From positions 54,374,001 through 54,438,000 of the forward strand of contig OX597829.1 of NCBI GenBank assembly GCA_951406725.2: a stretch of 64,000 nt of DNA. The letters run 5' to 3'. The stretch's first letter is position 1, and each line of letters opens with the position of its first letter. The notes beneath the pieces are model-generated. The model ran no database searches, was not told the origin of the DNA, and saw nothing but the letters and a program-made list of their open reading frames with translations. The translations under genes and the position numbers were made by a program. The DNA comes from Octopus vulgaris. Lineage: Eukaryota. Of this stretch, positions 1 through 13,200 are shown one piece after another.

Positions 1-577
1 GAATTTTGAATGAACCAATCGACCTCATTACTCACTTCTTTTAAGCCTGGTATGCATTCTGTCAGTCTCTTTTGCTGAACTGCTAAGTTACGAGGAAATA
101 AACACACCAGCATTAGTTGTGAAATGTTAGGGAACCAAGACACACATGCATGTATAGGCCAGGCTTCTTTCAGTTTCCATCTGCCAAATACACTTACAAG
201 ACTTTGGTTAGCCCAAGGCTAAAGTAGAAGACACTTGCTCAAGATACCATGCAGTGGGACTGAACCCCAAACCCTATGGCTGGGAAGAAAACTTCTTATC
301 ACAACCATTTATTTATTTATTTATTTATTTATTTAATCTTTAATTTATCTTTCTTTTCTTTTATTTGCTTCAGTCATTTGACAGTGGCCATGCTGGGGCA
401 TCGCCTTTAGTTGAGCAAATCGACCCCTGGACTTATTCTTTGTAAGCCTAGTGCTTATTCTATCGATCTCTTTTGCCAAACCGCTAAGTTATGGGGATGT
501 AAACACACCAGCATCAGTTGTTAAGTGATGTTGGGGGAACAAACACAGACACATGAACACATACATACATACATACA

Positions 578-958
578 GTGGAAGCACTCCGTCGGTTACG
601 ACGACGAGGGTTCCAGTTGATCCGAATCAACGGAACAGCCTGCTCGTGAAATTAACGTGTAAGTGGCTGAGCACTCCACAGACACGTGCACCCTTAACGT
701 AGTTCTCGGGGATATTCAGCGTGACACAGAGAGTGACAAGGCCGGCCCTTTGAAATACAGGTACAACAGAAACAGGAAGTAAGAGTGAGAGAAAGTTGTG
801 AAAGAGTACAGCAGGGATCACCACCATCCCCTGCCGGAGCCTCGTGGAGCTTTAGCTGTTTTCGCTCAATAAACACTCACAGCGCCCGGTCTGGGAATCG
901 AAACCGCGATCCTATGATCGCGAGTCCGCTGCCCTAACCACTGGGCCATTGCGCCTCC
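578..958 (-). mobile_element. Full-length tRNA-derived SINE, family B, young
   Basis: GGAGGCGCAATGGCCCAGTGG..GGTTTCGATTCCC head; CpGs retained; inserted in (CATA)n. Relatives at 45750-46070 and 48143-48430. Confidence 0.88.
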
Positions 959-977
959 ACATACATACATACATACA

Positions 978-1022
<45 letters not shown>

Positions 1023-1023
<1 letters not shown>

Positions 1024-1224
1024 AAGGAAATGAAGAAAATGCTGACAAATAATTGAAGTAATTTAAGTAATTTAACTAGGTGAAAGTTCTTTTTACCGGT
1101 TGCGCATTTGTTATGCTTATCAAAATATAAGCATAACAAATGCGCAACCGGTAAAAAGAACTTTCACCTAGTTAAATTACTTAAATTACTTCAATTATTT
1201 GTCAGCATTTTCTTCATTTCCTTT
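1023..1224. repeat. Perfect 98-bp-arm palindrome, 6-nt spacer
   Basis: 1023-1120 is the reverse complement of 1127-1224; the ORF track gives the same peptide on both strands. Confidence 0.95.
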
Positions 1225-1261
1225 TTATATATCACCACTCGTGTTCGACATCTCCTTTTTT

Positions 1262-1301
<40 letters not shown>

Positions 1302-1338
1302 ATATATATATACACATATATATATATATGTATGTATA

Positions 1339-1412
<74 letters not shown>

Positions 1413-1515
1413 TATACATATATATATATATTAAACGGCGGTGCATCAGCATGGCCACAGCTCTGAGCTGAAACTAGAGAAAAAAAGAACGTATGTATGT
1501 ATGTATGTTTGTATG

Positions 1516-1555
<40 letters not shown>

Positions 1556-3261
1556 CGACAGGCTTCTTTCAGTTTCCATCTACTAAATTTACTCACAAGA
1601 AAGACACTTGTCCAAGGTGCCATGCAGTGGAACTGAACCCGGGACCATGCGGTTGGTAAGCAAGCTTTATTCCTCAGTCTCACTTTCACTCATCCCCCTT
1701 TTTTCTCACTGATAATCTTTTGATTCATAATTGCATAAACTTTCCATTGTATCTGTCTGTCTTTTCAATGTTATCCTCACCACTCATTTCAAGCTTTCCC
1801 AACTCCATTATCTTCCCTGAGACTTCTATTCATAATAGCAAGTAAAAGAACTTACAGATTTTGTGACAACCTATTTCATTTTATCAAAAGTTGTTTGTTT
1901 GCTGAAACACGGTGTTCTTTTCCTTTTAGCCTTTTCTTTTTTTTTTTCTGTTGCTACTAGTCAAACCTGTTGTTCGGGCCGATGACTACATTACTATCAA
2001 ATAGCTGTTCTTCTTTGAAAATAAACAAAAACAACATAGTTCTAGCCTTAGCTTTTAAAAATAATTTCTAATCGGGCATCATATTTTAGAAGAATGGTTA
2101 TATAGATTTAATAACACAGTTACATAATTGAAATTAAATGACATTCTGCTAGAATTGAAGCTCGTTTGAAGACAGGACTGACTTGTATTTTCTTCTATTC
2201 AACAGGGTTCATAATAAAGATTAAATAATTTTTAAAAAATAATTTAGTCATAAGATATATTAAACTATATCTATTCAATGCTTGAGAGTTTGGATGTTTT
2301 GGGGATGTACCTTAGGCAACACTGATCACAAATCCATTCTGGTTGGGCTGCTAGTTCATGTCAAGGGCTTCAGTTATGGATCAAACTGTAGAAGACAGCC
2401 TTGTAGATAAGGCATGCAGAACTTGTCGGAGGGCTGATCACTAGACATGTATTAGACAGACCCGATACTGTGTGGATAAACCTGTAAGTCATGTAAACTA
2501 GTCCCCTGTTTAAGGATTAAATAAACCTGAAGCCTAAGCTAAATAAAGTAGGGAAATAGCTAGGCAAACTATAAACCAACAGAAGATAACAAAAGCCATT
2601 GATGCATTTTTTTCAAGAAAACTCAAATTCATATGTACAGGCATGGTTGTGTGGTAAGAAGTGCATTAACTGGATTTGACCCTGCATTTTGCCACATAGC
2701 AATCATAATTTGATTATGTGTGCAAATCCGATTGTTGTCCAATCAATGGCTGTTGACCACATGCTAGTTTGGTGGCATAACAAGAACCATCTATGAACAC
2801 AACCTACAAATACAGCTCAATTGAGCACCAAACCTCCAGTGTGATTCAGTTCTTGGTGGCCTTCACTCTCCATACATAGCTGTTTTTCATAGCTACATAT
2901 TCAACCTGGAGCAATTGAAGAAGAAAACAGATCATGGCAACAAGAATACATACTGATGTGCAAAAGTTATCCCAGATGTTGAATTTCTAACAAGGATTTT
3001 GTGCACTTATCAGCTGAATATTCTTTTTCTTGTACTGTGAGAAAAACCTTCTATATTAATGTTTCGATAAATTATGTTCATAAACATAAATCAGCCTTCC
3101 CATCTTTGCTACAGAAGCTTGCTTCCCAGTATATATAGTTGGGGTTTCAGTCCCAGTACTTGGCAGCTTGGGGAAGTGTCTTTCATTGTATCTTCAGGCT
3201 GACCAAAGCCTTGTGGATTTGGTTGGCAGAAACTGAAAGAAGCTCATCACTTGCTTGCGGG

Positions 3262-3680
3262 CATACATACATACATACATACATACATACAAACATGCAT
3301 GCATGCATACATGCATACATACATACATACATACATACATACATACATACAAACATGCATGCATGCATACATGCATACATACATACATACAAACATGCAT
3401 ACATACATACATACATACATACATACATACATACATACATACAAACATGCATGCATGCATACATGCATACATACATACATACATACATGCATACATACAT
3501 ACATACATGCATACATACATACATACATGCATACATACATACATACAAACATGCATGCATGCATACATGCATACATACATACATACATACATGCATGCAT
3601 GCATGCATGCATACATACATTCGTATACACATACATACATACATACATACATACACACACACTCACACATACACACACAT
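3262..3680. repeat. (CATA/CATG)n compound microsatellite
   Basis: Direct inspection; similar tracts at 27935-28210 and 36575-36750. Confidence 0.95.
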
Positions 3681-4379
3681 ACTGGTCAATTGAAGCTTAG
3701 AATGTGTCACATGACAGTTACTTGGCACTGGCTGCTGGAGCCTACCTGTGAGTATTTAGAGGAAAATTTGGCAGGGTGGTCATTTGCCTGCTGACATTTG
3801 CTCCTTCCATGTCGGTCCTCCCTTTGTTGAAGCAGGTCTTCTTGGAGGCATGCAGTATCTCTGTTGAGATGACCTGCATATGTTGTGTTTGGATAACCTT
3901 CAAGTGTATGACCATGCTTTGGGACTCATAACAGTATGTCACTTGCCTTCCTTTGGGTACAGAGTCGGCTGATAGGGAACAGCCTGTAGATATACAGGTT
4001 AGTTGTGAATACTCAATCAGCTGTCCTGGACAAAGTCACGACTTACCCTTTGACAAAGCATGGCATCCATCGGTCACACTGCAAGTGGAAATGCCACTAT
4101 CCTTGGACATGAGGATGGGTATAGGGAAGGGAATGTAAGACATAAAAAATGGTTTGTCTTTGGATTTCTTCCCACTTTACAGGACAAATTACCCTTTTGT
4201 GAAACTTGGTCTGAGAAATCTGTAAATTTGACTGCCATTGCAATTGTCTCTCTCACTCTCTCTTTCTCTTTCACTTATATATATATATATATATATATAT
4301 ATCATCATCATCATTTAGCGTCCGTTCTCCATGCTAGCATGGGTTGGACGGTTCAACTGGGGTCTGTGAAGCTGGAAGG

Positions 4380-4450
<71 letters not shown>

Positions 4451-4451
4451 G

Positions 4452-4491
<40 letters not shown>

Positions 4492-4493
<2 letters not shown>

Positions 4494-4955
4494 CCTTATT
4501 AGAATGGAGGATAGAAGGATTCCTAAGCAGATGCTCTATGGAGAACTTGTGAATGGAAGGAGACTCTGGCAGGAACCAAGGCTGCGATTTAAGGACTGTG
4601 TCAAGTCCTCATTAAAGGCCTGAGATATGCAGGACACTGACTGGGAGAACAATGCCTGTCATCGCCACAGATGGAGGAAGCAGGTTAAGGAGGGGATCGA
4701 CACTTTTGAGAGAGCACGTATCCAGCATGAAGAACTTAGGCGAGCTGTGCGAAAGCGCACGTCTCGTATAGTGAATGGGGAAAGCTTGGTCTGCAATGTT
4801 TGCAGTCATGTATGCTTATCAAGAGCAGGGCTCATTAGCCACCAACGGAGCCGCAAATGCAAAATATAAGTTAGTCCTAGAGCGCACAATGTTCCTGAAG
4901 GGTCGGCAATGGTCTTCCTCGGTCACAAGTGGACAGCCATCATGTATGTATGTAT
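4492..4955 (+). mobile_element. 5'-truncated copy of the 10215-14335 RTE family
   Basis: RIPKQMLYGEL..CNVC..HQRSRKCKI, followed by a short 3' UTR and (TGTA)n tail. Confidence 0.92.
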
Positions 4956-5585
4956 AGTACTCAGAATACAGTTTAGATGCTACATTTTAAATTTCAAATC
5001 TAAACTTTAATTATAACTTATATACATACTAGCATACCCGTGTCAGGAAAAAAGCCCACAGATTTATTAATGATAGAAAATAGCACATCAATACAATGGG
5101 GAGTCCATTAATATTAATAAATGTCAGCAATTTAGTAAATAAACGTGCATACGCAGAATTGAAGCACTTGCAAAATCAGATGTGATTGTAATGTTTCAAT
5201 CGAAAATATCACCCACATAATGTATGTTTGTGTATACACATACACACACACATACACATATGTACACATATACATATATATACACGCGCGGGCATGGCTG
5301 TGTGGTTAGGGAGCTTGCTTCCTAGCTACATGGTTTCGGGTTCAGTCCCACTGCGTGGCACTTTGGGTAGGTGTCTTCCACTATAGCCCTGAGCCAACCG
5401 AAGCTTTGTGATTGAATTCGGTAGGTGGGAGTTACTGCCATGTGTGTATGTGTGCGTATAGCTGCTCAGTGCCTCTCCGAAAGAGAGAGAGGGACACATA
5501 TATCTATACACCCTCCCACACAAACACACACACAGATACTTATTTTATCAACATATCAACATATCTTTTCCCCCTTGCTCTTTCT

Positions 5586-5624
<39 letters not shown>

Positions 5625-6012
5625 GCTCTCTCTCTCTATATATATATATATATTCACACATATATATAATTGTTTCATTTGTTCATTCATGCATTAACCC
5701 CGTAATACTAACATGTACTATTCCTTAAAACATTACTTTTGTCGCCCTGTTTCATAATGTTTTCGTTATTGTTCTCCAGTAAAAATGGCCGTTGCTTGTC
5801 TATAATTCGCCCACCCTCTCCCACTCCCACCACCTATACCAGAAATCTATCCTCAATACCAGAAAACTCCTACGGGACTCAGCCTAGCTTCTGTACCTGA
5901 AGACATGTATACCTTTGTCCCTCCTCCCCCACCACCAACAATCGCCCACACTACTGCATGCACCAAAAGGTGATGTGTTACTTTGTAAAATATTAGTAAA
6001 TTAACCACACAA

Positions 6013-6084
<72 letters not shown>

Positions 6085-6249
6085 GCTTACATTACACTCA
6101 CCCCCAATAGGGACAACAATTTTAGCATGTTTGAAAGATGAAAGATTAAAGTGAGAACAACTGATGTGATACGTCTGTTATGAAGCGACCACTGAAACCT
6201 TCTTTTCATGTGCTGAATACCATCACTCTTTCCCGTGTTCCCTTCTACA

Positions 6250-6760
6250 TCTCTTTCCTAGTTTTCAGAGTTGGCACTGTCAATGTAGACACATTGAATG
6301 GTATGTCTAACAAGATTGTTAAGATGCTTGAATGGAGGTGTGTTGATGTATGCTGCATCCAAGAGGTAAGGTGGAGAGGGGCTTCAGCCAAGTTCCTCAC
6401 AGGCAACACACATAGGTATAAAATCTTCTGGAAAGGTAACAGCGATGGGGTTGTTGGGTTGGGCATACTTCTTGCTGAGAAATGAGTGGATAAGGACATA
6501 GAGGTAGTCAGAGCATGCAACAGAGTACTTAAGTTCAGGCTGGTCTTGCAGAATAGTATAGCTACAATTATCTCTGCCTATGCCCCACAAGCGGGCCTAC
6601 CAAATGAACAGAGGGACCACTTTTATGGCATTCTTCAGCAGGCTACCTCAAAGATGAATGACAATGATCTCATCTTCATGGCTGGGGATGTCGGCTGGCA
6701 GACTGGTATTCTCTATGGTATCCATGGGGGCTATGGAATTGGTCCCTGAAATGAAGAGGG
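6250..6760 (+). mobile_element. RTE-type APE endonuclease fragment
   Basis: VGTVNVDTL..CCIQEVRWRG..ISAYAPQAG..AGD, with stops. Confidence 0.85.
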
Positions 6761-6761
6761 A

Positions 6762-7023
6762 CTTTTTCCTCTTTCCAAAAATCAAATCCCGCTTGAAATG
6801 AAGATTTCAGGATGTCGAGGTAATCACAGTGAAAACGACAAGGCGCTGCTGATTATCTCAGAAAACGAGTTCCAGGAATTCTTCCATCAATGGAGACAGT
6901 GCTGGATTAAGTGTGTGGCTTCCGAAGAGGACTACTATTGAAGGAGATTAAATGCCAAATTGGTACATGTTGTAGTTTTGATTTTATAGCAGCAGTCTGG
7001 ATACTTATTGATCAGACCTCATA
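6762..7023 (+). mobile_element. Mariner transposase 3' end and TIR remnant
   Basis: FLFPKIKSRLK..FQDVE..WRQCWIKCVASE; ends CAGACCTCATA. Confidence 0.7.
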
Positions 7024-7072
7024 AATACATACATACACACATGTATGTATGTATGTATGAATGTATGTATGC

Positions 7073-7106
<34 letters not shown>

Positions 7107-7108
<2 letters not shown>

Positions 7109-8062
7109 CCATACCAGCACAGTTGTCTCTCTTACATACCACATCTGATGCTTCTTAGGTCCAGCCTTTCTCTCAAGGCACTCGACAGAGTGTTAGTGCC
7201 TTGAGAGAAAGGTTGGACCTAAGAAGCACCAGATGTGATGTGCAAGAGAGACGACTGCGCAGGTATGGTCATTCGGCGAGAATGGATGTGGATAGCTGTG
7301 TGAAAAAGTGCCACACCCTAGCAGTTGAGGGAACCTGTGGAAGAGGTAGACCCAGGAAGACCTCGGATGAGTTGGTGAAGCATGACCTTCAAACATTGGG
7401 TCTCACTGAGGCAATGACCAGTGACCGGGACCTCTGGAAATATGCTGTGCTTGAGAAAACTTGGCAAGCGCAAGTGAGACCATAACCTTGTGGCCTATGC
7501 CAGGGGGTAACCAGTTCACTTATGCGTGCCTTTCTTCGTTGGACACTAAACTCTGCTTGCGAAGACTTGCTGAGGCAAGTGAAATCGAAATCAAAATCAA
7601 ACTCGATGACTGGCATCTGTTGCTAGTGAAGCGCTAAGAGTACCATATGAGTGAGATCATTGCCAGAGCACCGAGCTGGCCTTTGTGCAGATGGCACATT
7701 AAAAACACCATTCGAGCATGATCGTTACCTGCATTGCCTCACTAGCACTTGTGCTGGTGGCACGTGAAAAAAAACATTTGAGCAAGATTGTTGCCAGTGC
7801 TGCTGGACTGGCACCCGTGCAGGTGGCACATAAAAAGCACCATTTGAGTGTGGCCATTGCCAGTACCACCTAACTGGCCCATGTGTCGGTGGCTCGTAAA
7901 AGCACCCACTACACTCTCTTAGTGGTTGGTGTTAAGAAGGGCATCCAGCTGTAGAAACTCTGCCAGATCAGATTGGAGTCTGGTTTGCCAGACCTCAATC
8001 AAATCGACCAACCCATGCTAGCATAGAAAGTGAACAATGTTAAACAATGATGATGATGATGA
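7107..8062 (+). mobile_element. 5'-truncated RTE (second family) with fold-back 5' end and (GAT)n tail
   Basis: GRGRPRKT..DRDLWKYAV C-terminus; 3' UTR with GGTGGCACRTAAAAAGCACC repeats. Other copies at ~21861-22530, 24040-24390, 26370-27385, 42630-43412, 50815-51150, 57920-58272, 59995-60273, 63060-63328, 63815-64000, and related 17480-18115, 19100-19470, 20195-21470(-). Confidence 0.88.
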
Positions 8063-8082
8063 TATATATATATATATGTATA

Positions 8083-8510
8083 TAACTAATGTAGGATAAA
8101 ATTTTTTTTGGGGAAAAAAATTTTATCAATAGCCAGCATATCAAAAAATACCTTTAAAGGTTGAATTTATAAAATAATTTACAAAATAAGGGCAAAAGAA
8201 AAATTCTAATGCCAAATATGCTGAGAAAAAGACAAAAATTGTCAATAACCATTATAATTTATGTCTCGAAACAAACCGATAGAAATTTCTAAAAAATCTG
8301 TTATTACCGTATTGGTCCCAATTTCGGGGTTAATTCATAAGAATTTTCCCCTCTTCAGCGATAAATACGTGAGATATAAGTTAAATACTTACTCATACCC
8401 ATGGAAAAAGCAAGCCCTAAGTCCTGAGCAGTCCTAAGTACCCCAAATATATCCAAAATAGAAAATTTTCGGCACATCTCGAGACACGTGTGATTCAAAC
8501 TAGAAACTTT
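8083..8510 (-). mobile_element. Non-autonomous Penelope-like/retrozyme-type repeat carrying the hammerhead
   Basis: AT-rich ~430 bp unit between (TA)n and (TG)n tracts, with the hammerhead and a terminal hairpin; boundaries approximate. Confidence 0.55.
8304..8364 (-). ncRNA. Type I hammerhead ribozyme, intact core
   Basis: UUAUCG-CUGAAGA-GGGG..AAUUC(UUAU)GAAUU..CCCC-GAAA-UUGG(GA)CCAA-UA^CGGUAA. All three stems pair; AUA cleavage triplet, cut between 8310 and 8309. Confidence 0.85.
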
Positions 8511-8534
8511 CACAGAGTGTGTATGTATATATAT

Positions 8535-8584
<50 letters not shown>

Positions 8585-8629
8585 ATGTGTACACTCACAC
8601 ACACTGACACACACATAGAAAGTGAGCCA

Positions 8630-9390
8630 GGTGGAAGAGGGGCTATAGTCGTTCTACTTTTATACTTACCATGAAAAGAAAAATCTGTGGAAATTTTAAA
8701 GTTTAGTGAAAATATTAAAATTTTGTGTATTGATGTATTTTCCATGCTGAATCTCAGGGGATAATTCACTTTTTCCTGAAATAAAAAAAAAAAAAGCTAT
8801 AGCGGTTTAAAATTTGATCATTTTTACCCTGTAGAAAACAGAATTTGGAAGCTGTCATTTTGTGTGTGACAGCATATGTTGTCAAATGTAAACAAGTGAA
8901 ACATTGGTGGAATTCTGTTCTATGCATGCCATATAATCCCTCATAACTCTTTATTCTTTTGAATTTTCAGAAAATTTTTGTAAATTTATATTCTACACAT
9001 AGGAATGTATACAATTATGCAAAAAGCAAACAGAAAAACAATTTTGGTGCTTGATTTAAGGCCTATTTAGCTGTTACTTTTATGACTACCTCTTATGTGT
9101 TTTAGCATTTAATAAGTGAAAATTGACAACATGGATAAGCAACTTCATAACAGCCTGACTTTTTATTATGGAAATAGGTACCTATATTTTGTCTGTAGCT
9201 TTCAATTGGCTAAAGTTACTCAAAATTTGTAAACTTTAAGAGCTATTAACTATATATTTATTGATCTATGGCAAAAATGAATTCCCTGTCAATGATTACC
9301 AAACAAAACTATACCAATATGCCAAATATGAAATCACTTGGAAGAAAACTGAAGAAATTGAAAAGTGAGAGCCAAACAGAAAAGAGTTGC
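8630..9390. repeat. Unclassified AT-rich interspersed repeat
   Basis: Reverse-complement similarity to ~34600-35100 and ~33480-33760 (e.g. GATTTAAGGCCTATTTAGCTG, TTTGATCATTTT.ACCC, CAGAATTTGG.AGCTGTCA). Confidence 0.6.
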
Positions 9391-10214
9391 CCCCATTGCT
9401 TTCTTGTTTTTGTTTGCCAAAACTTTATTGTGACTTTATTATGAATTCCCATGTTCTTTTGTGCTTTAATCCAAAATTGAAATGAACACTGATTTTTCTA
9501 TGTGATTGGCTTGAAGAATTGCTGAGATATTTTTTTAAACATGAAACCAATGGCAGCAACAATACACAAATAAAGAATCTTTATCCATCAATGCAGTGTT
9601 GAACACTCATTGTTTGAATTTATGTGCGCGCACACACACACATACAATGTACTGTTCCATGAGAGATAAGTATTATTTATTTAAAGGACACAATACATGT
9701 CTTTAAGTGCTACTAATAGTTTCATGTGTCGAGGAATATCTGAAACATATTCTTTAGGCATAAACCACATATCAGAATAAACTAAAAAAAATTGAATAAG
9801 AGAAGAAACATGAAAAAAACTGAGAAGGCAACATATAGAAAATGTGGAAGTTTAAAAACAGAAAACGAAAACATAAAAACTAAATTGTAAACAGTAAAAA
9901 GGTAAAAGAGTTATATACATAAGTAGGAAAACAGACAAATCATAAATAAGAGGTGCAGCTGTATCTTGTGAAGATTAACAGATAAAGTAGTCTTTACATG
10001 TTGCAAGTACATTAAACACCAGGAAAGTACAGAAAATAGACTCCCTTAAGTGTCAGGAGTCCTTAGAAGTTGTAAACAGTTTCCATTACTTAGGTGACCA
10101 AGTTAGTAGTGGTGGGGGATGCTCTGAAAGCATAGCTGCTAGAATATGAATAGGTTAGGCAAAGTTCAAAGAGCTAATACTTCTATAAGATGTACCAGAT
10201 GTATGTATAAGCAA

Positions 10215-13200
10215 GGAAGACCATTGCCAACCTTCAGGAACATTGTGCGCTCTAGGACTAACTTATATTTTGCATTTGCAGCTCCGTTGGTGGCTAATGA
10301 GCCCTGCTCTTGACAAACATACACGACTGCAAACATTGCAGACCAAGCTTTCCTCATTCACTATACCAGCCGTGCGCTTTCGCGCAACTTGCTTAAGTTC
10401 TTCATGCTGGATACGTGTTCTCTCAAAAGTGTCGGTCCCCTCCTTAACCTGCTTCCTCCATCTGTGGCGATGACAGGCATTGTTCTCCCAGTCAGTGTCC
10501 TGCATATCAAAAGCCTTTAATGAGGACTTGACACAGTCCTTAAATCGCAGCCTTGGTTTCTGCCGGAGTCTCCTTCCATTCACAAGTTCTCCATAGAGCA
10601 TCTGCTTAGGAATCCTGCTTTCCTTCATTCTTATAAGGTGTCCAGTCCAACATAACCGGTGCTTGTGCACCATCGCCTCAATACTCAAGATATCAGCTGT
10701 CCTCAGGATCTGTGTATCTGGAATTTTTGAGGTCCAGCCAACATTGAGAATGTGTCTGAGACACCTCTGATGAAAACGTTCATGGACCCTTACCTGACGT
10801 TTGTACAGAGTCCATGTCTCACATGAGTAGAGGAGCGATGTCGGTACACATGCACGGTACACAGCAACTTTTGTTCACCTTGCGATGCCATGTTGGGACC
10901 GGAAGGAATTAGTTGCTCTCTGCAACCTGAAAGATATTTCCTCATCCAGGGAGCAAGAACGGCTGAGTGTGCTGCCCAGGTACAAACTTGTCTACTACCT
11001 TCAGAATTGTTCCTTCAACCAAAGTAGCTGGTTCCATATATGGATTTCCTGGTGCAGGCTGGAACATTACAACAGTCTTGTCCAGGCTAATACTGAGTCC
11101 AAATGCCCTGCAAGAAGCAGAAATGCAATTCATGAGTATTTGCATGTCATCCAGTGTATGAGTGATTAAGTCACAGTCATCTGCATAAAGGAGGTCATGA
11201 ATAATAGACTGGGAAACCTTTGAATTGGCAGCAAATCGGCGAAAATTAAAGAAGCGGCCAGAAGATCGATATCTAACATATATTCCCAGAGAGCTAACCT
11301 TAGCAAAAGCATGAGTAAAAGCAGCAGCAAAGTACAAAGAAAAGAGAGTTGGGGCAAGGATGTCACCCTGCTTGACACCATTCTCTACAGGAATGGGTCC
11401 TGCCATGGTACCACCAACATTGACTCAAGCCTCCATTCCATCATGAAATGATTTAATTATAGATACAAAGTGATCTGGACATCCAAGTTTGCCAAGTATT
11501 TTCCATTTTACAGTATCAAAGGCCTTTGTTAAATCAATGAATACCTGGACAAGATCCATATTCTGCTCATAGCACTTCTCCTGCATCTGTCTTGCTGTGA
11601 AAATTATATCTATTGTCCCTCTACTAGATTGGAAGCCACATTGAGATTCAGATAGGACATCATTTACGAGACACCCATTCAGACGGGTAAGAAGAATATT
11701 TGCCAGAACCTTGCCAGCAGCTGATAGTAGAGCAATACCTCTGTAGTTACCACACATTGTTCTGGGTCCTTTTCCTTTATATAGAGCAAGAATAATTGCA
11801 TCCTTCCAGTCCTTAGGGATTGCACCATTCCTCCAGACTGTACTAATAAGTTCATGAAGGGACTGTGTGATGTAATTACCACCAAATCACAAGACCTCAG
11901 CACAAATTCCATCCTTTCCAGGTGCCCTACCAAGATTCAATTTACTTATTGATGTCATTACTTCATCTATTGAGGGCAGGGAGTCTAAGGAGCCAATGAT
12001 AGGTCTTTGTTTCATCACTGTTTTATCCACAACTGACTCATGGTTTAGGAGTTGAGAGAAGTGTTCGATCCAGCGACCTGTGATTTCTGTTGATTTAGTA
12101 AACAGAGTGGAAGACTCCTTGGAAAGCAAAGGAGCTGATGTGGAGCTCTTAGGCCCATAAGCTCGCTTCATAAGATGGTAACGCTTCTTGCTGTCATTTG
12201 CATCAGCAGCAGCCTGAACATCATGAGCAAGATCCTCCCACCAAGTGTTCTGCATCTTCCTGAGAGATCGCTGCAGTAGTGATTTTACACCGTTATAATG
12301 GGCAAGTGCTAGACTTTGCTGCACAGTAGACAGTTCTCTGTGCAGCAACACACTGTGGGCATGACGCTTTACCACTAATAGTCGCTGAATATCAGCATCA
12401 TTCTCATCAAACCAGTCTCTGTGTCTGGCAGTAACATACCCCAGTGTTTCGGCTGCACATTGAACAACCTGGTCTCGAAAATCTTCCCATGCTGCAGCAG
12501 TTTCAATGCTGTCAAAGCGAGTCTGAAGCTCTTTCCTAACCACAACATCATATACCTTGTGGGCATTTAGACAGCGAGGAATGCTGACTGGTCCTCTTCT
12601 CTCTTTCGCCCTAATCACCATTCGGAACTTTGCTTGCACCAGACTGTGGTCTGTCCAGCATTCTGATCCATGCAAGGACTTGACATTACAGATGTCATAA
12701 ATGTCACGCTTGCGGATGATGACATAATCCAGAAAGTGCCAAACTTTGGACCTTGGATGCATCCATGTTGTTGTGTGATCACCTTTGTGCACAAAATGAG
12801 AGCATGCAATGTAAAGTTCATGTTCTTCGCAAAGCTCCAGTAGCATGAGACCATTGCTATTCATTTTCCCTACTCCAAAACGTCCTAGAGAGTTCCATGT
12901 TTGCCAGTTTGTTCCAACCCTGGCATTAAAATCCCCCAGTAGAATGACTTTACCAGAATTGGCTCTCAGCTGGGTATAAAAGATTGTTTTATCTTCATCG
13001 CAGCTAGTCAAAGTAGGTGCATAGGCACTTATTAGAGTAGCAAACCGTTTACCTTTCAAGTGCAACCATAGTGTCATTATACGTTTATTTATAGAAACAG
13101 GAAGCTCTTCCAACTTCTTAAGGATATCAGATCGGACTGCAAAACCAACACCAGCCTCTCTGCGCTCCTCCTTCTGCCTTCCTTTCCAAAAAAAGGTGTA

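Noticed and set aside
3139-3794. Long ORFs rich in [12 protein letters not shown] (also 27729-28335, 29515-30371, 54274-54784)
   Set aside because: Translations of stop-free microsatellites.
3690-4150. Relatively GC-rich segment as a retroelement 5' UTR with HDV-like ribozyme
   Set aside because: Only a partial L3-like TTCCAC motif; P1/P2 could not be assigned.
7620-7920. Regularly spaced GGTGGCACRTAAAAAGCACC repeats resembling a CRISPR array
   Set aside because: Spacers are homologous to each other and the block recurs in every copy of the RTE 3' UTR; eukaryotic context, no cas genes.
9705-9780. Hammerhead-like motif on the - strand (CUGAUA..GAAACUAUUAGUA)
   Set aside because: Core lacks G8 and stem I does not pair; at best a dead relic.
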